A stretch of DNA of 29,204 nucleotides from NCBI GenBank assembly GCA_947177375.1, contig CAMWUF010000001.1, positions 1 through 29,204 on the forward strand, written 5' to 3'. Positions 9,558 through 17,991 of this stretch are shown here, one piece after another (position 1 is the stretch's first letter; every line of letters begins with the position of its first letter). This stretch comes from an uncultured Ruminococcus sp. (GTDB lineage: Bacteria; Bacillota; Clostridia; Oscillospirales; Ruminococcaceae). The translations under genes and the position numbers were made by a program. The notes below the pieces were generated by a model. It did not search any database, had not been told where the DNA came from, and worked only from the letters and a program-made list of their open reading frames with translations.

Positions 9558-10367
9558 ATGAATACCAAATTTGAAGAAGCAAAGTACATAAATGGGGCAG
9601 TTACTAGAATGTACTCTGCTGAAGAAATAACTGCGATACGCAATGAAAATACACAAAGATATAACGAAATAAAAGAATATCTTTTCTGCCCAGAATGCAT
9701 GCAACCAAAACTTATGCACAACCGATGTCAAAGTAAACAAGATTATTTTTCCACTTATCCTAGACAGTTTCATGTGGTAGGCTGTTCCTACGAATGTGAA
9801 AAAGCTACAAAGAAAATTTTGACATATTTAGGAGAAAGTAAAAATTTAAATAATCTACATACACGCCTCCAAGACTGTCTGCTTCTATTTATTAAAGGAC
9901 AAGCGGTTATAAATAATCCATGTATCATTTCCAAGCAAACAGATGTCCAGCTTTTAAAGCAAACCACTAATACACAGAATGCTTATGGAAAGCGGTACTA
10001 TATTCCAAGAAAACGTCTTACTGACTGTGTGGATCAAAGCAGTATTGACGATTTCAAAATTTTTTATGATACAGCAGAATTTAAATGGTATGAGGATGAG
10101 CATGGTGGATACTATCCTCATAGGCTTAATATCTATCATAACAATCGAGAAAACTTAATCTGTTCTTTGAGATTTTCTAATAACGTTTATGAGCATTTAC
10201 CATTAGAATACAGACAATTTGATGATGTATATTTTAGAGCGTTAATTGCTTTTTACACTAAACTAACAATTCATACTGATTCTGGAACAGAAAATAGGAC
10301 TTATTATGAGGGAATTATTAACTATTCACTAAAAATTACTTTTCTGGATATTCTTCCAATTGATTGA
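9558..10367 (+). CDS. Hypothetical protein with N-terminal CoiA-like Zn-binding motif (LFCPEC...YF...H...C), ~269 aa
   Basis: AGGAGA RBS at 9545-9550 before ATG 9558; CPEC-x25-H-x3-C pattern; only well-supported + strand gene in the window. Confidence 0.8.
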   Translation: MNTKFEEAKYINGAVTRMYSAEEITAIRNENTQRYNEIKEYLFCPECMQPKLMHNRCQSKQDYFSTYPRQFHVVGCSYECEKATKKILTYLGESKNLNNLHTRLQDCLLLFIKGQAVINNPCIISKQTDVQLLKQTTNTQNAYGKRYYIPRKRLTDCVDQSSIDDFKIFYDTAEFKWYEDEHGGYYPHRLNIYHNNRENLICSLRFSNNVYEHLPLEYRQFDDVYFRALIAFYTKLTIHTDSGTENRTYYEGIINYSLKITFLDILPID

Positions 10368-10700
10368 ATTTAGCATGGTGATACTATCATTATTGCAAAA
10401 ATAGTCTCGCACGTCTAAAATATTTGCATAAAGATAACCATTTTTATCAGAAACACTTTCCTCTATCAAATTGTAATATGTATATGGATATTTTTCATCA
10501 GTATTTAGTTTCACAAATTGAATCTCTTCTGCTTCAACCCCAAATTGAAACTCCTGCACGAAAAAATCAATAACCTTATACTTATCTACTTGTTTTATAC
10601 AAACCATGCCAAGTAATAACAGCATTGTCTGCGGGTTTAGATTACCAACAATCAATGAACCGTAATTTGTGTTATCAGTAATAAAATAACGAAAATTCAT
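10329..10700 (-). CDS. Hypothetical protein (123 aa)
   Basis: Purine-rich RBS GAAAGAGAG before ATG; the 3' end overlaps the convergent + gene by 39 bp. Confidence 0.65.
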   Translation of the reverse strand: MNFRYFITDNTNYGSLIVGNLNPQTMLLLLGMVCIKQVDKYKVIDFFVQEFQFGVEAEEIQFVKLNTDEKYPYTYYNLIEESVSDKNGYLYANILDVRDYFCNNDSITMLNSINWKNIQKSNF

Positions 10701-10727
10701 TTGTTTTTCTCTCTTTCATGATATATT

Positions 10728-10961
10728 TTATTTGAACCATAAATTCCACACATTGAATTCTGGTTCTGTTGCTGTTGCATAGGCTACTATGACAGAAAAA
10801 GCAATCGCTGTCAGGGAGTATGCACCAGCAAAAATAGTATACAGAATAGTCCATAATTTTTTCTTCTTTGTTTTTACCACTTTGAACAAACGAAAAGACG
10901 AAATTATGCCATAAACTGCAATAACAATCCATAAAAAATTTAATATCATAGTTATTTTCAT
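10728..10961 (-). CDS. Small membrane protein with two hydrophobic helices (77 aa)
   Basis: Two TM-like segments separated by a Lys-rich loop; starts 3 nt after the upstream TGA. Confidence 0.6.
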   Translation of the reverse strand: MKITMILNFLWIVIAVYGIISSFRLFKVVKTKKKKLWTILYTIFAGAYSLTAIAFSVIVAYATATEPEFNVWNLWFK

Positions 10962-10964
10962 TGT

Positions 10965-11174
10965 TCAATCTTTTTGTTTTTTGTAAAGCGGAATGTAGTA
11001 TATTCCTGAATATTTCCACCAACCACAAATATGTTTTGTGTCAACTTTTAATTTTGCATGCTTTGCTCTTTTTTCAGTGTAAAGTTTTGCATCACGCATT
11101 TGTTTTGCTGTTCTTGAAGTGTATACAGGTAGTCCACTTTTAATAATATTATTTCTAATTTCTTCTAAGTTCAT
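10965..11174 (-). CDS. Hypothetical basic protein (69 aa)
   Basis: RBS AAGGTG before ATG, directly after topB. Confidence 0.6.
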   Translation of the reverse strand: MNLEEIRNNIIKSGLPVYTSRTAKQMRDAKLYTEKRAKHAKLKVDTKHICGWWKYSGIYYIPLYKKQKD

Positions 11175-11200
11175 GAAGTATCACCTTGCCATTTTGAAAA

Positions 11201-13519
11201 TTATTGTTTTTCGGTTTTCCATTGATAATAAGTTTTACCCTGATAATCATTTTGAATGACTTCTGGAAGAACAGTGGTTGTTTTGTTATTTGTTACATAA
11301 GAAATTTTTTTTCCAGAAAGCAACATTTTTACTTGTTTTTCAGTAAGTACTTTTCCATAAATTTTACCAATCATCATACCGCATTTTGAAGTACAATAAA
11401 TTCCATAATTTCCATTTTTGACTTCTCCACTGCACTTAGGGCATTTACCAAGGCTTTCATGCTCAGAGGAATCTCCATTATTTCCTGTTTTCCACTGATA
11501 ATAAATCTTGCCTTGATAGTCATTTTGAATAATTTCAGGGAAAACAGTTGTTTTTTTACTATTTGCTGTGTAAGAAATTTCTTTACCAGACAACAATTTT
11601 TTGACTTGTATTTCAGTGAGTACCTTTCCGTAAACTTTTCCAATTATCATGCCACATTTGGCTGTGCAGTGAATGCCAAATTTTCCATCTCTAACATCAC
11701 CGCCACATTTGGGACATTTTCCGAGTGTTTCATATTGAGTTCCAAAAGATATACTAGTATCTTCTGTGCTATATTTTTCACAAAGCATTTTTACAAATTC
11801 TGTAATATCATGCATGAATTTTTCAGAGGAATATTTTTGATGTTCAATTTGTTGTAGCTGCATTTCCCATTCCGCTGTGAGTTTAGGAGATTTCACTTCA
11901 TCAGGGACGACCTTAATTAAATTAATTCCTTTTTCTGTTGCTGTAATCTGCTTTTTATTACGAACGGCATAACCACGCATTACAAGCATTTCAATAATTC
12001 CTGCTCTAGTTGCTGGAGTGCCTAAGCCTTTTTTTTCAGTTTCGTCATCATATTCATCAAGTCCAGCGTGTTCCATTGCAGATAAGAGAGTATCCTCCGT
12101 GAAAGTTTTTGGTGGACTTGTCCAATGCTCAGATTTTTGTGCCGAAACATTGTTAAATTCCTGCCCTTGTGTAATTTCAGGCAATGTTTTTATATTTTCT
12201 ATTTCATTATCAGAATTTTTATTTTTTAGTGCCAATTTGATAGAAGTTTCAAATAATTTCCAACCGTTTGTAATAATTGTTTTTCCATTTGCTGAAAAAT
12301 TATTATTTTCGCATGTAATATCTACTCTAACAGATTCATACTTGTGTGATTCTGCGGTTGCCATGATAAGTTTTGCAGAAATCATCATCAAAATATTTTT
12401 TTCATCATTAGGCAATTCGTTTAAGTCAGTTTTCGCAATATTAGCAGTTGGAATAATAGCATGATGTCCAGTTACTTTTGCATTGTTGATACAACGATTT
12501 ACATTAACAGTTTGCGGAGTGCCAAACTGTGGGAATACCTGAAATATAATCTTTATCATATCGGTTGCTGTTTGTTCCATATCATCAGAAAGATACTGTG
12601 AATCAGTTCGAGGATAAGTAGACAATTTCTTTTCATACAACGATTGTAAAAAATCAAGCGTTTGTTTTGCAGTATAGCCAAATTGCTTATTTGCTTCACG
12701 TTGTAGCGTTGTTAAATCATAAAGTTTAGGTGGATTGACTGTTTTTATTTCTTTTTTAATTTCTGAAACAACTGCCGTTTTTCCATTTACCAAAGAAATA
12801 AGATTATTTGCCTTATTTTCATCATCAATACGTTCTGAACTAGCAATAAGACTGCCACAATCGAGTTCTACAGTAAAATATTTCTGTTTCACAAAATTCT
12901 TTACATCGTCATCACGCTTAACAATCATAGCAAGTGTTGGTGTTTGAACCCTGCCCAATGTCAATGCCTGACGATAACGGATAGAAAATAACCTTGACCC
13001 ATTCATACCAACAAGCCAATCTGCCTTACTTCTGCAAAATCCTGCTTGGTATAATGAATCATATTCAACAGCATTTTTTAATTTTTTCATGCCGTCTCTA
13101 ACTGCACTTTCTTCCAAACTGGAAATCCACAATCGTTTGACAGGTTTTCTACAGCTAGTTAAGTAATAAACATAGCGGAAAATACATTCTCCCTCTCTGT
13201 CTGCATCTGTTGCACAAATGATTTCATCAATTTTGTTGTCATGCATTAGATTCTTGAGTGTGTTGAACTGTTCCTGTGCATCTGGTTTTACCTTAAATTT
13301 CCAGTTTTCTGGAAACATTGGCAATTGTGAAAAATTCCACGGCTTTTCTGCCCATGCTTCACAGTAATCGTTGGGCATTTGTAAAGCAACCAGATGACCG
13401 AAACACCAAGACACAATGTAGTCATTTCCCTCTATATAGCTATTTTTGTTTATCGTTGCTCCAACAACAGAAGCAATGCCCTTTGCTACGGAGGGCTTTT
13501 CAGCAATAATAAGTTTCAT
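11201..13519 (-). CDS. topB: DNA topoisomerase III (type IA)
   Basis: IAEKPSVA, ATDADREGE, LGRVQTPTL and active-site STYPRTDS (Tyr ~12614-12616); C-terminal Cys-containing repeats. Confidence 0.96.
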   Translation of the reverse strand: MKLIIAEKPSVAKGIASVVGATINKNSYIEGNDYIVSWCFGHLVALQMPNDYCEAWAEKPWNFSQLPMFPENWKFKVKPDAQEQFNTLKNLMHDNKIDEIICATDADREGECIFRYVYYLTSCRKPVKRLWISSLEESAVRDGMKKLKNAVEYDSLYQAGFCRSKADWLVGMNGSRLFSIRYRQALTLGRVQTPTLAMIVKRDDDVKNFVKQKYFTVELDCGSLIASSERIDDENKANNLISLVNGKTAVVSEIKKEIKTVNPPKLYDLTTLQREANKQFGYTAKQTLDFLQSLYEKKLSTYPRTDSQYLSDDMEQTATDMIKIIFQVFPQFGTPQTVNVNRCINNAKVTGHHAIIPTANIAKTDLNELPNDEKNILMMISAKLIMATAESHKYESVRVDITCENNNFSANGKTIITNGWKLFETSIKLALKNKNSDNEIENIKTLPEITQGQEFNNVSAQKSEHWTSPPKTFTEDTLLSAMEHAGLDEYDDETEKKGLGTPATRAGIIEMLVMRGYAVRNKKQITATEKGINLIKVVPDEVKSPKLTAEWEMQLQQIEHQKYSSEKFMHDITEFVKMLCEKYSTEDTSISFGTQYETLGKCPKCGGDVRDGKFGIHCTAKCGMIIGKVYGKVLTEIQVKKLLSGKEISYTANSKKTTVFPEIIQNDYQGKIYYQWKTGNNGDSSEHESLGKCPKCSGEVKNGNYGIYCTSKCGMMIGKIYGKVLTEKQVKMLLSGKKISYVTNNKTTTVLPEVIQNDYQGKTYYQWKTEKQ
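11204..11725. repeat. Two 91-aa (273-bp) C-terminal zinc-ribbon/Toprim C-terminal repeats in TopB
   Basis: LGKCPKCG...C...CG...GK..GKVLTE.QVK.LLSGK...NDYQGK.YYQWKT twice; the LGKCPK starts are at 11725 and 11452. Confidence 0.9.
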
Positions 13520-13588
13520 CCTTTTTTCCTCTTTTCTTTTAGAATATTATTTTTTCTGCTTACTTAAGCAGAGGTTTACCAAATCATT

Positions 13589-13783
13589 CTATAAATACTT
13601 TAGCATTAACTTACGCTGTTCAACATATTCAGAATTTTCATATAATTCAATTGCTTCATTTATTACATTATTGTCTATACCTTTTAGCCAATCAGGTATT
13701 TCATCGAATTCGTTTAGTTTTAGAAATAATAATTTCTTTGGCAAACAACAAAGCATTTCTAACAGATATTTATGTTCTGACAT
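13589..13783 (-). CDS. Hypothetical protein (64 aa)
   Basis: Strong RBS AAGGAGG before ATG. Confidence 0.65.
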   Translation of the reverse strand: MSEHKYLLEMLCCLPKKLLFLKLNEFDEIPDWLKGIDNNVINEAIELYENSEYVEQRKLMLKYL

Positions 13784-13801
13784 TTTTTCCTCCTTATTTC
13801 A

Positions 13802-14173
13802 TTATAAAGTTTCTGTTTCATTTTGTTTTTTGGTATGTTCATGGTAAGCAACAGTTACAGCATTTACCATAGTATCTACGTCCAAAATATCAATTTTATC
13901 CTGAATTTGCTTGCTTAATTCCAGGATTTTTATAATCTGTTCGCCTGTTATGTTGCCATGTTTAAACCATGCGTCAGAAATTTTTCTCTGCAAATCTTCA
14001 TGATAGAGCTTGTCATAAATTGTTTCTAATTCCTTTATTTTAGCATTTTCCGACTTTATTTCTTCTGTGAGAGACTTAATTTTTTCTTTTTTCTTCTCCT
14101 TGGATTTTTCTAGTTTTTCTAATTCTCTCTGCACACTTCGCAGTGTGTAAGGTTTTTCTGTTTTTTCAATCAT
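13802..14173 (-). CDS. Coiled-coil protein (DUF4315-like position upstream of topB)
   Basis: N-terminal K/E heptad-rich helix; ATGA overlap with the upstream gene; RBS GGGGGA. Confidence 0.7.
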   Translation of the reverse strand: MIEKTEKPYTLRSVQRELEKLEKSKEKKKEKIKSLTEEIKSENAKIKELETIYDKLYHEDLQRKISDAWFKHGNITGEQIIKILELSKQIQDKIDILDVDTMVNAVTVAYHEHTKKQNETETL

Positions 14174-16308
14174 GTTTGTTCCCCCGCAACCATTTTTTCA
14201 AGTAAATCTTCTATTTCAGCTGGATATGCCAAACTACCACTATCATTACCAAATATATTATTTTCACCAAATTTGAAACTGCCTGTAAAAATTTCTTTTG
14301 GATTGTTTGGATGAATCGTATTCTGGTTAATCACGCTTAGAATATTTTGCTGATAAAACGCATAATCTGGTGCAAGTCTAACTGTATCATCATATTCAGA
14401 AACTTTCTGACTGCCGATAACTGAAAACTCTGTTGGAGAAACAGTTGCTGTTACTAGGTGTCCATAATTTTCTGTTCCGTCTGTACCAATGATACCGCCA
14501 GAAACACCAGCTTTTTTGATTTCTTGGCGTTCAGAATCTGAAAATACGCCTACGCTAAAATCTAAGTCGTTTGTATAGCAATTTGAAATAATTGCGTTCT
14601 CCGTGCCAGTGCTAGCTTCACCAGCAATACCACCAGCGGATACTTCGGTATATAGCGTAATTTTCCTAGCAAGACAACCTTGTATATTGCCTCCGTAATA
14701 TCCAGGAATTTCTTGTCCAGTCGGATTATATCTTTTTGCACCACTAGCACTGCCGACAATTCCACCTGCATTGAAAATATTGCCCTTTGCTGAAAATTGA
14801 TAAACTGCGGAGTTAATGACATTTGCTGGTTTTCCAGAAATTCCACCAGCATATAGAATGTAATCATCAAGATAGGCAGAAATTACGAAATTTGTAACAT
14901 AACAATTTTCAATTTCACCTCCTAATCCTGTAATTCCGCCAATTGCATATTCACCTTGTCTTGTCGGTTCTACAGGTTCAGTATCTTCAGATTTTTCAAT
15001 AATATTTCCATCTTCATTATATTCAACTAAATCAGGCGGTACGACTGATGGAGCAGTGACAACTTCTGTAGCTTGTGTTTCTTCTGTTTGTGGTTGACTT
15101 GCCAAAATCGAAGAATTTGAAACACTGCAATGTTGGATTAAGGTTTCTCCAGTATCATATCTTGTGCCATCTTCAGCAGTATAGCGATAGTTATAAACAG
15201 AACATGCAATAAAACCATAATCTTTATATTCTACTGTTTCAATTGTGGAATTCGTGATATTGACATTCTTAATTACCGCACCCGAAACTTTTCCAAATAG
15301 AGGACTGTCCAAATTTTCAATAGTATATTCACCACCATCATATTCAAAATATTCTGAATCTGGGTCAGACTTTAACTCATTGATAGTATCAATAGGTGTA
15401 TGACTAGCCCAGTCAGGAAAGACAATATCCGCAGTTTGTTTGAAATATCCCCTTGCTTTTTCTTTGCTCATAAGTTCCAACTGGTCGTAGTAATCAATCA
15501 AGTAAGGGTCGTCTCTTGTTCCACTTCCACCGCCATACTTGACAAGTACACGATATAACTTTGTATCTTCTGAAAAATTATAAGATTGACCACCATAATA
15601 TTCAATTTTTTTTGCATTGGGGTCAGTGCTAAATCCCCATGTATATCCAGATACATGACTAAAAAAGTCAGTTTTGTCAAATTCTGGCAAAGTAATTTGT
15701 GCTTTTCCGTCCACAACTACGCCTTTTAATTGCAAATCTTCTGTTGGAATAGCCGAGTAAGAACGGTCAATAGAAACTGTAATTTGTTGTGCTTCATTTT
15801 CAATTTCTTCTTGTTCAGGAATTAGCATACCATCTTCATTGACGGATTGCTCTGTTTTAGTTTCATCTGCAACAACATTTTCAGGTTTTGCTAGCATTTT
15901 TCCAACTCCGAAACTCATGACCGCTACAACCAAAAGACACCCAACAAAGCTAATGACCAAAGTAGGAGAAATTTTCATTTTCTTTTTTGCTGAAAATCTG
16001 CTTTTATCGTGAATGCAATCGATACTTAATTCGGATTGTCCACATTTTTCAGAAGTTTCGGTCAATTTTTCAAATTCTTCATCAGGTAGTGCAGCATTAA
16101 TATCACTTTCTGTGGCATAAACTATATAATCAGCCATAATCAATTTTGGCTTGTATTTTTGACGAAAATCCATATACTGATGATTTTCCAAAAGAATTTC
16201 TTTGGTCAGTTGTGGTATTTCGTCAGATGATAAACCGTTTAAAACAATAAATATTCTTGCTTCCTGTTCTTTCTTAGATTGAATGTGTATATCACAGAAA
16301 TAATTCAT
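14170..16308 (-). CDS. Membrane-anchored surface protein with GLUG/beta-helix region (putative conjugation adhesin)
   Basis: One TM helix (ISPTLVISFVGCLLVVAVMSFGVGKML); InlB-B-repeat-like segment; GGSGTRDDPYLI...YFKQTADI...YDGG.YTI.NL; repeated GGI(T/S/V/A/I)G GLUG-type motifs. Confidence 0.8.
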   Translation of the reverse strand: MNYFCDIHIQSKKEQEARIFIVLNGLSSDEIPQLTKEILLENHQYMDFRQKYKPKLIMADYIVYATESDINAALPDEEFEKLTETSEKCGQSELSIDCIHDKSRFSAKKKMKISPTLVISFVGCLLVVAVMSFGVGKMLAKPENVVADETKTEQSVNEDGMLIPEQEEIENEAQQITVSIDRSYSAIPTEDLQLKGVVVDGKAQITLPEFDKTDFFSHVSGYTWGFSTDPNAKKIEYYGGQSYNFSEDTKLYRVLVKYGGGSGTRDDPYLIDYYDQLELMSKEKARGYFKQTADIVFPDWASHTPIDTINELKSDPDSEYFEYDGGEYTIENLDSPLFGKVSGAVIKNVNITNSTIETVEYKDYGFIACSVYNYRYTAEDGTRYDTGETLIQHCSVSNSSILASQPQTEETQATEVVTAPSVVPPDLVEYNEDGNIIEKSEDTEPVEPTRQGEYAIGGITGLGGEIENCYVTNFVISAYLDDYILYAGGISGKPANVINSAVYQFSAKGNIFNAGGIVGSASGAKRYNPTGQEIPGYYGGNIQGCLARKITLYTEVSAGGIAGEASTGTENAIISNCYTNDLDFSVGVFSDSERQEIKKAGVSGGIIGTDGTENYGHLVTATVSPTEFSVIGSQKVSEYDDTVRLAPDYAFYQQNILSVINQNTIHPNNPKEIFTGSFKFGENNIFGNDSGSLAYPAEIEDLLEKMVAGEQT

Positions 16309-16604
16309 TGCAAGTTGTCCCTCTCTTTCCTTCGTTCACGAACTATCATAATAGTACAAAATCCGCCTCCACTTGCCAGTATAACCAGGTCAGACCAGTA
16401 AAATTGCCATCGCATTATATTTTCTTTTTCTTCGGTTTCTTGTATTTCATTAATTTCAACATCATTAGAAGAAAAATCAGAATTTACTCTACTGAAAAGA
16501 AAATTGCACAATAAATAACACATTGTGATGATTGCAATAACGGTGAATAATTTATTCTTGTTAATAAAATTTTTAGCTATTTCAACACGCTTTGCATACT
16601 TCAT
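16305..16604 (-). CDS. Small two-TM membrane protein (99 aa)
   Basis: Two hydrophobic helices; RBS GAAAGGAAG; ATGA overlap with the next gene. Confidence 0.75.
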   Translation of the reverse strand: MKYAKRVEIAKNFINKNKLFTVIAIITMCYLLCNFLFSRVNSDFSSNDVEINEIQETEEKENIMRWQFYWSDLVILASGGGFCTIMIVRERRKERDNLQ

Positions 16605-16651
16605 AACTACTTCCTTTCTCTCTAATTAAAGCCTTTTTTTTCACTCCTGAC

Positions 16652-17938
16652 TTATATAGAAATATTGGTATTATTTTCAAACCCTTTTTCGGTTAGTTCT
16701 TCCCATCGCTTATCATTATTGGTAAATTCTAAAGCATTCATAATATTTTCTTTTGTAAAAAATGCTAGTCCGATAGAATGTAAATCGTGCTGATATTCAC
16801 AAATATATGTAATTTCTTCTATTGTAGGTGAAGTGTTATCAAAAACATTTGACCAGTACTCATACTGCTGTCCCCAATACTCATCTCCGCCAGAATTATT
16901 ATAGTTATCTGCTGCTTCATTTACTCTGTCTAACGCATAGTAATAATCTGGATTATCTACTAGCTCTACATGTCTAGTGCAATTTTCGTCTGGACAATAC
17001 TGACCACTGTAAACTGTATTGCTAAATGTAACACATTTTGTAAGAATTAAATCAAATACTTCTTGCGTATAAGAAACTTCGTAAATACCACCCTCTGTAT
17101 GATTTTCAGCATTTTTTTCTTTCTCCAAATAAACGTAAGCAATTGCAATAGCTTCTTTTGCTGTAACCGTCAAATCCATATCCCATGCAGATTTTAGTGT
17201 TGCTTTCCTCTCATCAATAGAAAAACTCTTGTCATAGATGATAATAGGTTCTGGGAGAGTCCTTTCCATGTAAACTAAACTACTTTCAGTCAGGTTATTA
17301 TAATCATAATACATATTATCTATTATAGAATTAAATTCTTCTTGACGATTTGCAACAGCAGTATTAAAAAAGTCTAAAGCATTTTGGTATTGTTCTGGTA
17401 CATCTACTAGTCCTGCTGCTGAAGAATATGCATATTGTTCAGAAATATTTGCACTGGCACCACCACCCATTAATAGGACTACCATAGCTAATACCATTAT
17501 CAAAATTACAATAAATATAGCAATAATTATTACAACAGGATTCATCAAAGCAGCAGTAACATTTATGACAATAGTTTTTGCTACTTTTACAGTAAAAACA
17601 ACGGCTTTTCCAGTAAATTTACCTGTTTTATAAATGATTTTTCCTGTTTTATTAATTACATTTCTTGATGTTTTGATAGTACGAATAGTACGTTGTGTTG
17701 TTTTGATACTTCTATCAACTACTTTTACTGCTTTTTTGGAATTTGTGTAAGCGAATCGCATACTTTCAATACCAGAATCAGAAACATCATTTTTATTGAT
17801 ATTTTTATCAAACGGATTTGCTTTTGAGACAATATTTAGCAAATTTGATTTTATGGCACTAAGAGGAGCAGTTGCTATTCTTTTGAAAATATTTTTTTGA
17901 GATTTAACAGGCTTATTTTCAGTATTTTTATCTTCCAA
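16652..17938 (-). CDS. CD1108-like conjugation protein (VirB1 position) lacking a recognisable hydrolase domain
   Basis: Basic Lys/Thr-rich N-terminus, TM helix (PVVIIIAIFIVILIMVLAMVVLL), extracellular region ending at ..MNALEFT..KRWEEL. Start probably TTG 17938 after AAGGAG. Confidence 0.7.
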   Translation of the reverse strand: MEDKNTENKPVKSQKNIFKRIATAPLSAIKSNLLNIVSKANPFDKNINKNDVSDSGIESMRFAYTNSKKAVKVVDRSIKTTQRTIRTIKTSRNVINKTGKIIYKTGKFTGKAVVFTVKVAKTIVINVTAALMNPVVIIIAIFIVILIMVLAMVVLLMGGGASANISEQYAYSSAAGLVDVPEQYQNALDFFNTAVANRQEEFNSIIDNMYYDYNNLTESSLVYMERTLPEPIIIYDKSFSIDERKATLKSAWDMDLTVTAKEAIAIAYVYLEKEKNAENHTEGGIYEVSYTQEVFDLILTKCVTFSNTVYSGQYCPDENCTRHVELVDNPDYYYALDRVNEAADNYNNSGGDEYWGQQYEYWSNVFDNTSPTIEEITYICEYQHDLHSIGLAFFTKENIMNALEFTNNDKRWEELTEKGFENNTNISI

Positions 17939-17991
17939 TATGTCCACTCCTTTCAAACAAAAACAATTTTACTTTACTGAAAAGAGTATGA

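Noticed and set aside
9527-9721. N-terminal extension of the 180-aa ORF and the 9543-9773 and 9954-10139 minus ORFs
   Set aside because: They lie antisense to the + gene, and a good RBS supports TTG 9526 instead.
10675-11028. 117-aa alternative-frame ORF
   Set aside because: It overlaps both the 69-aa and 77-aa ORFs, which have better coupling and a two-TM signature.
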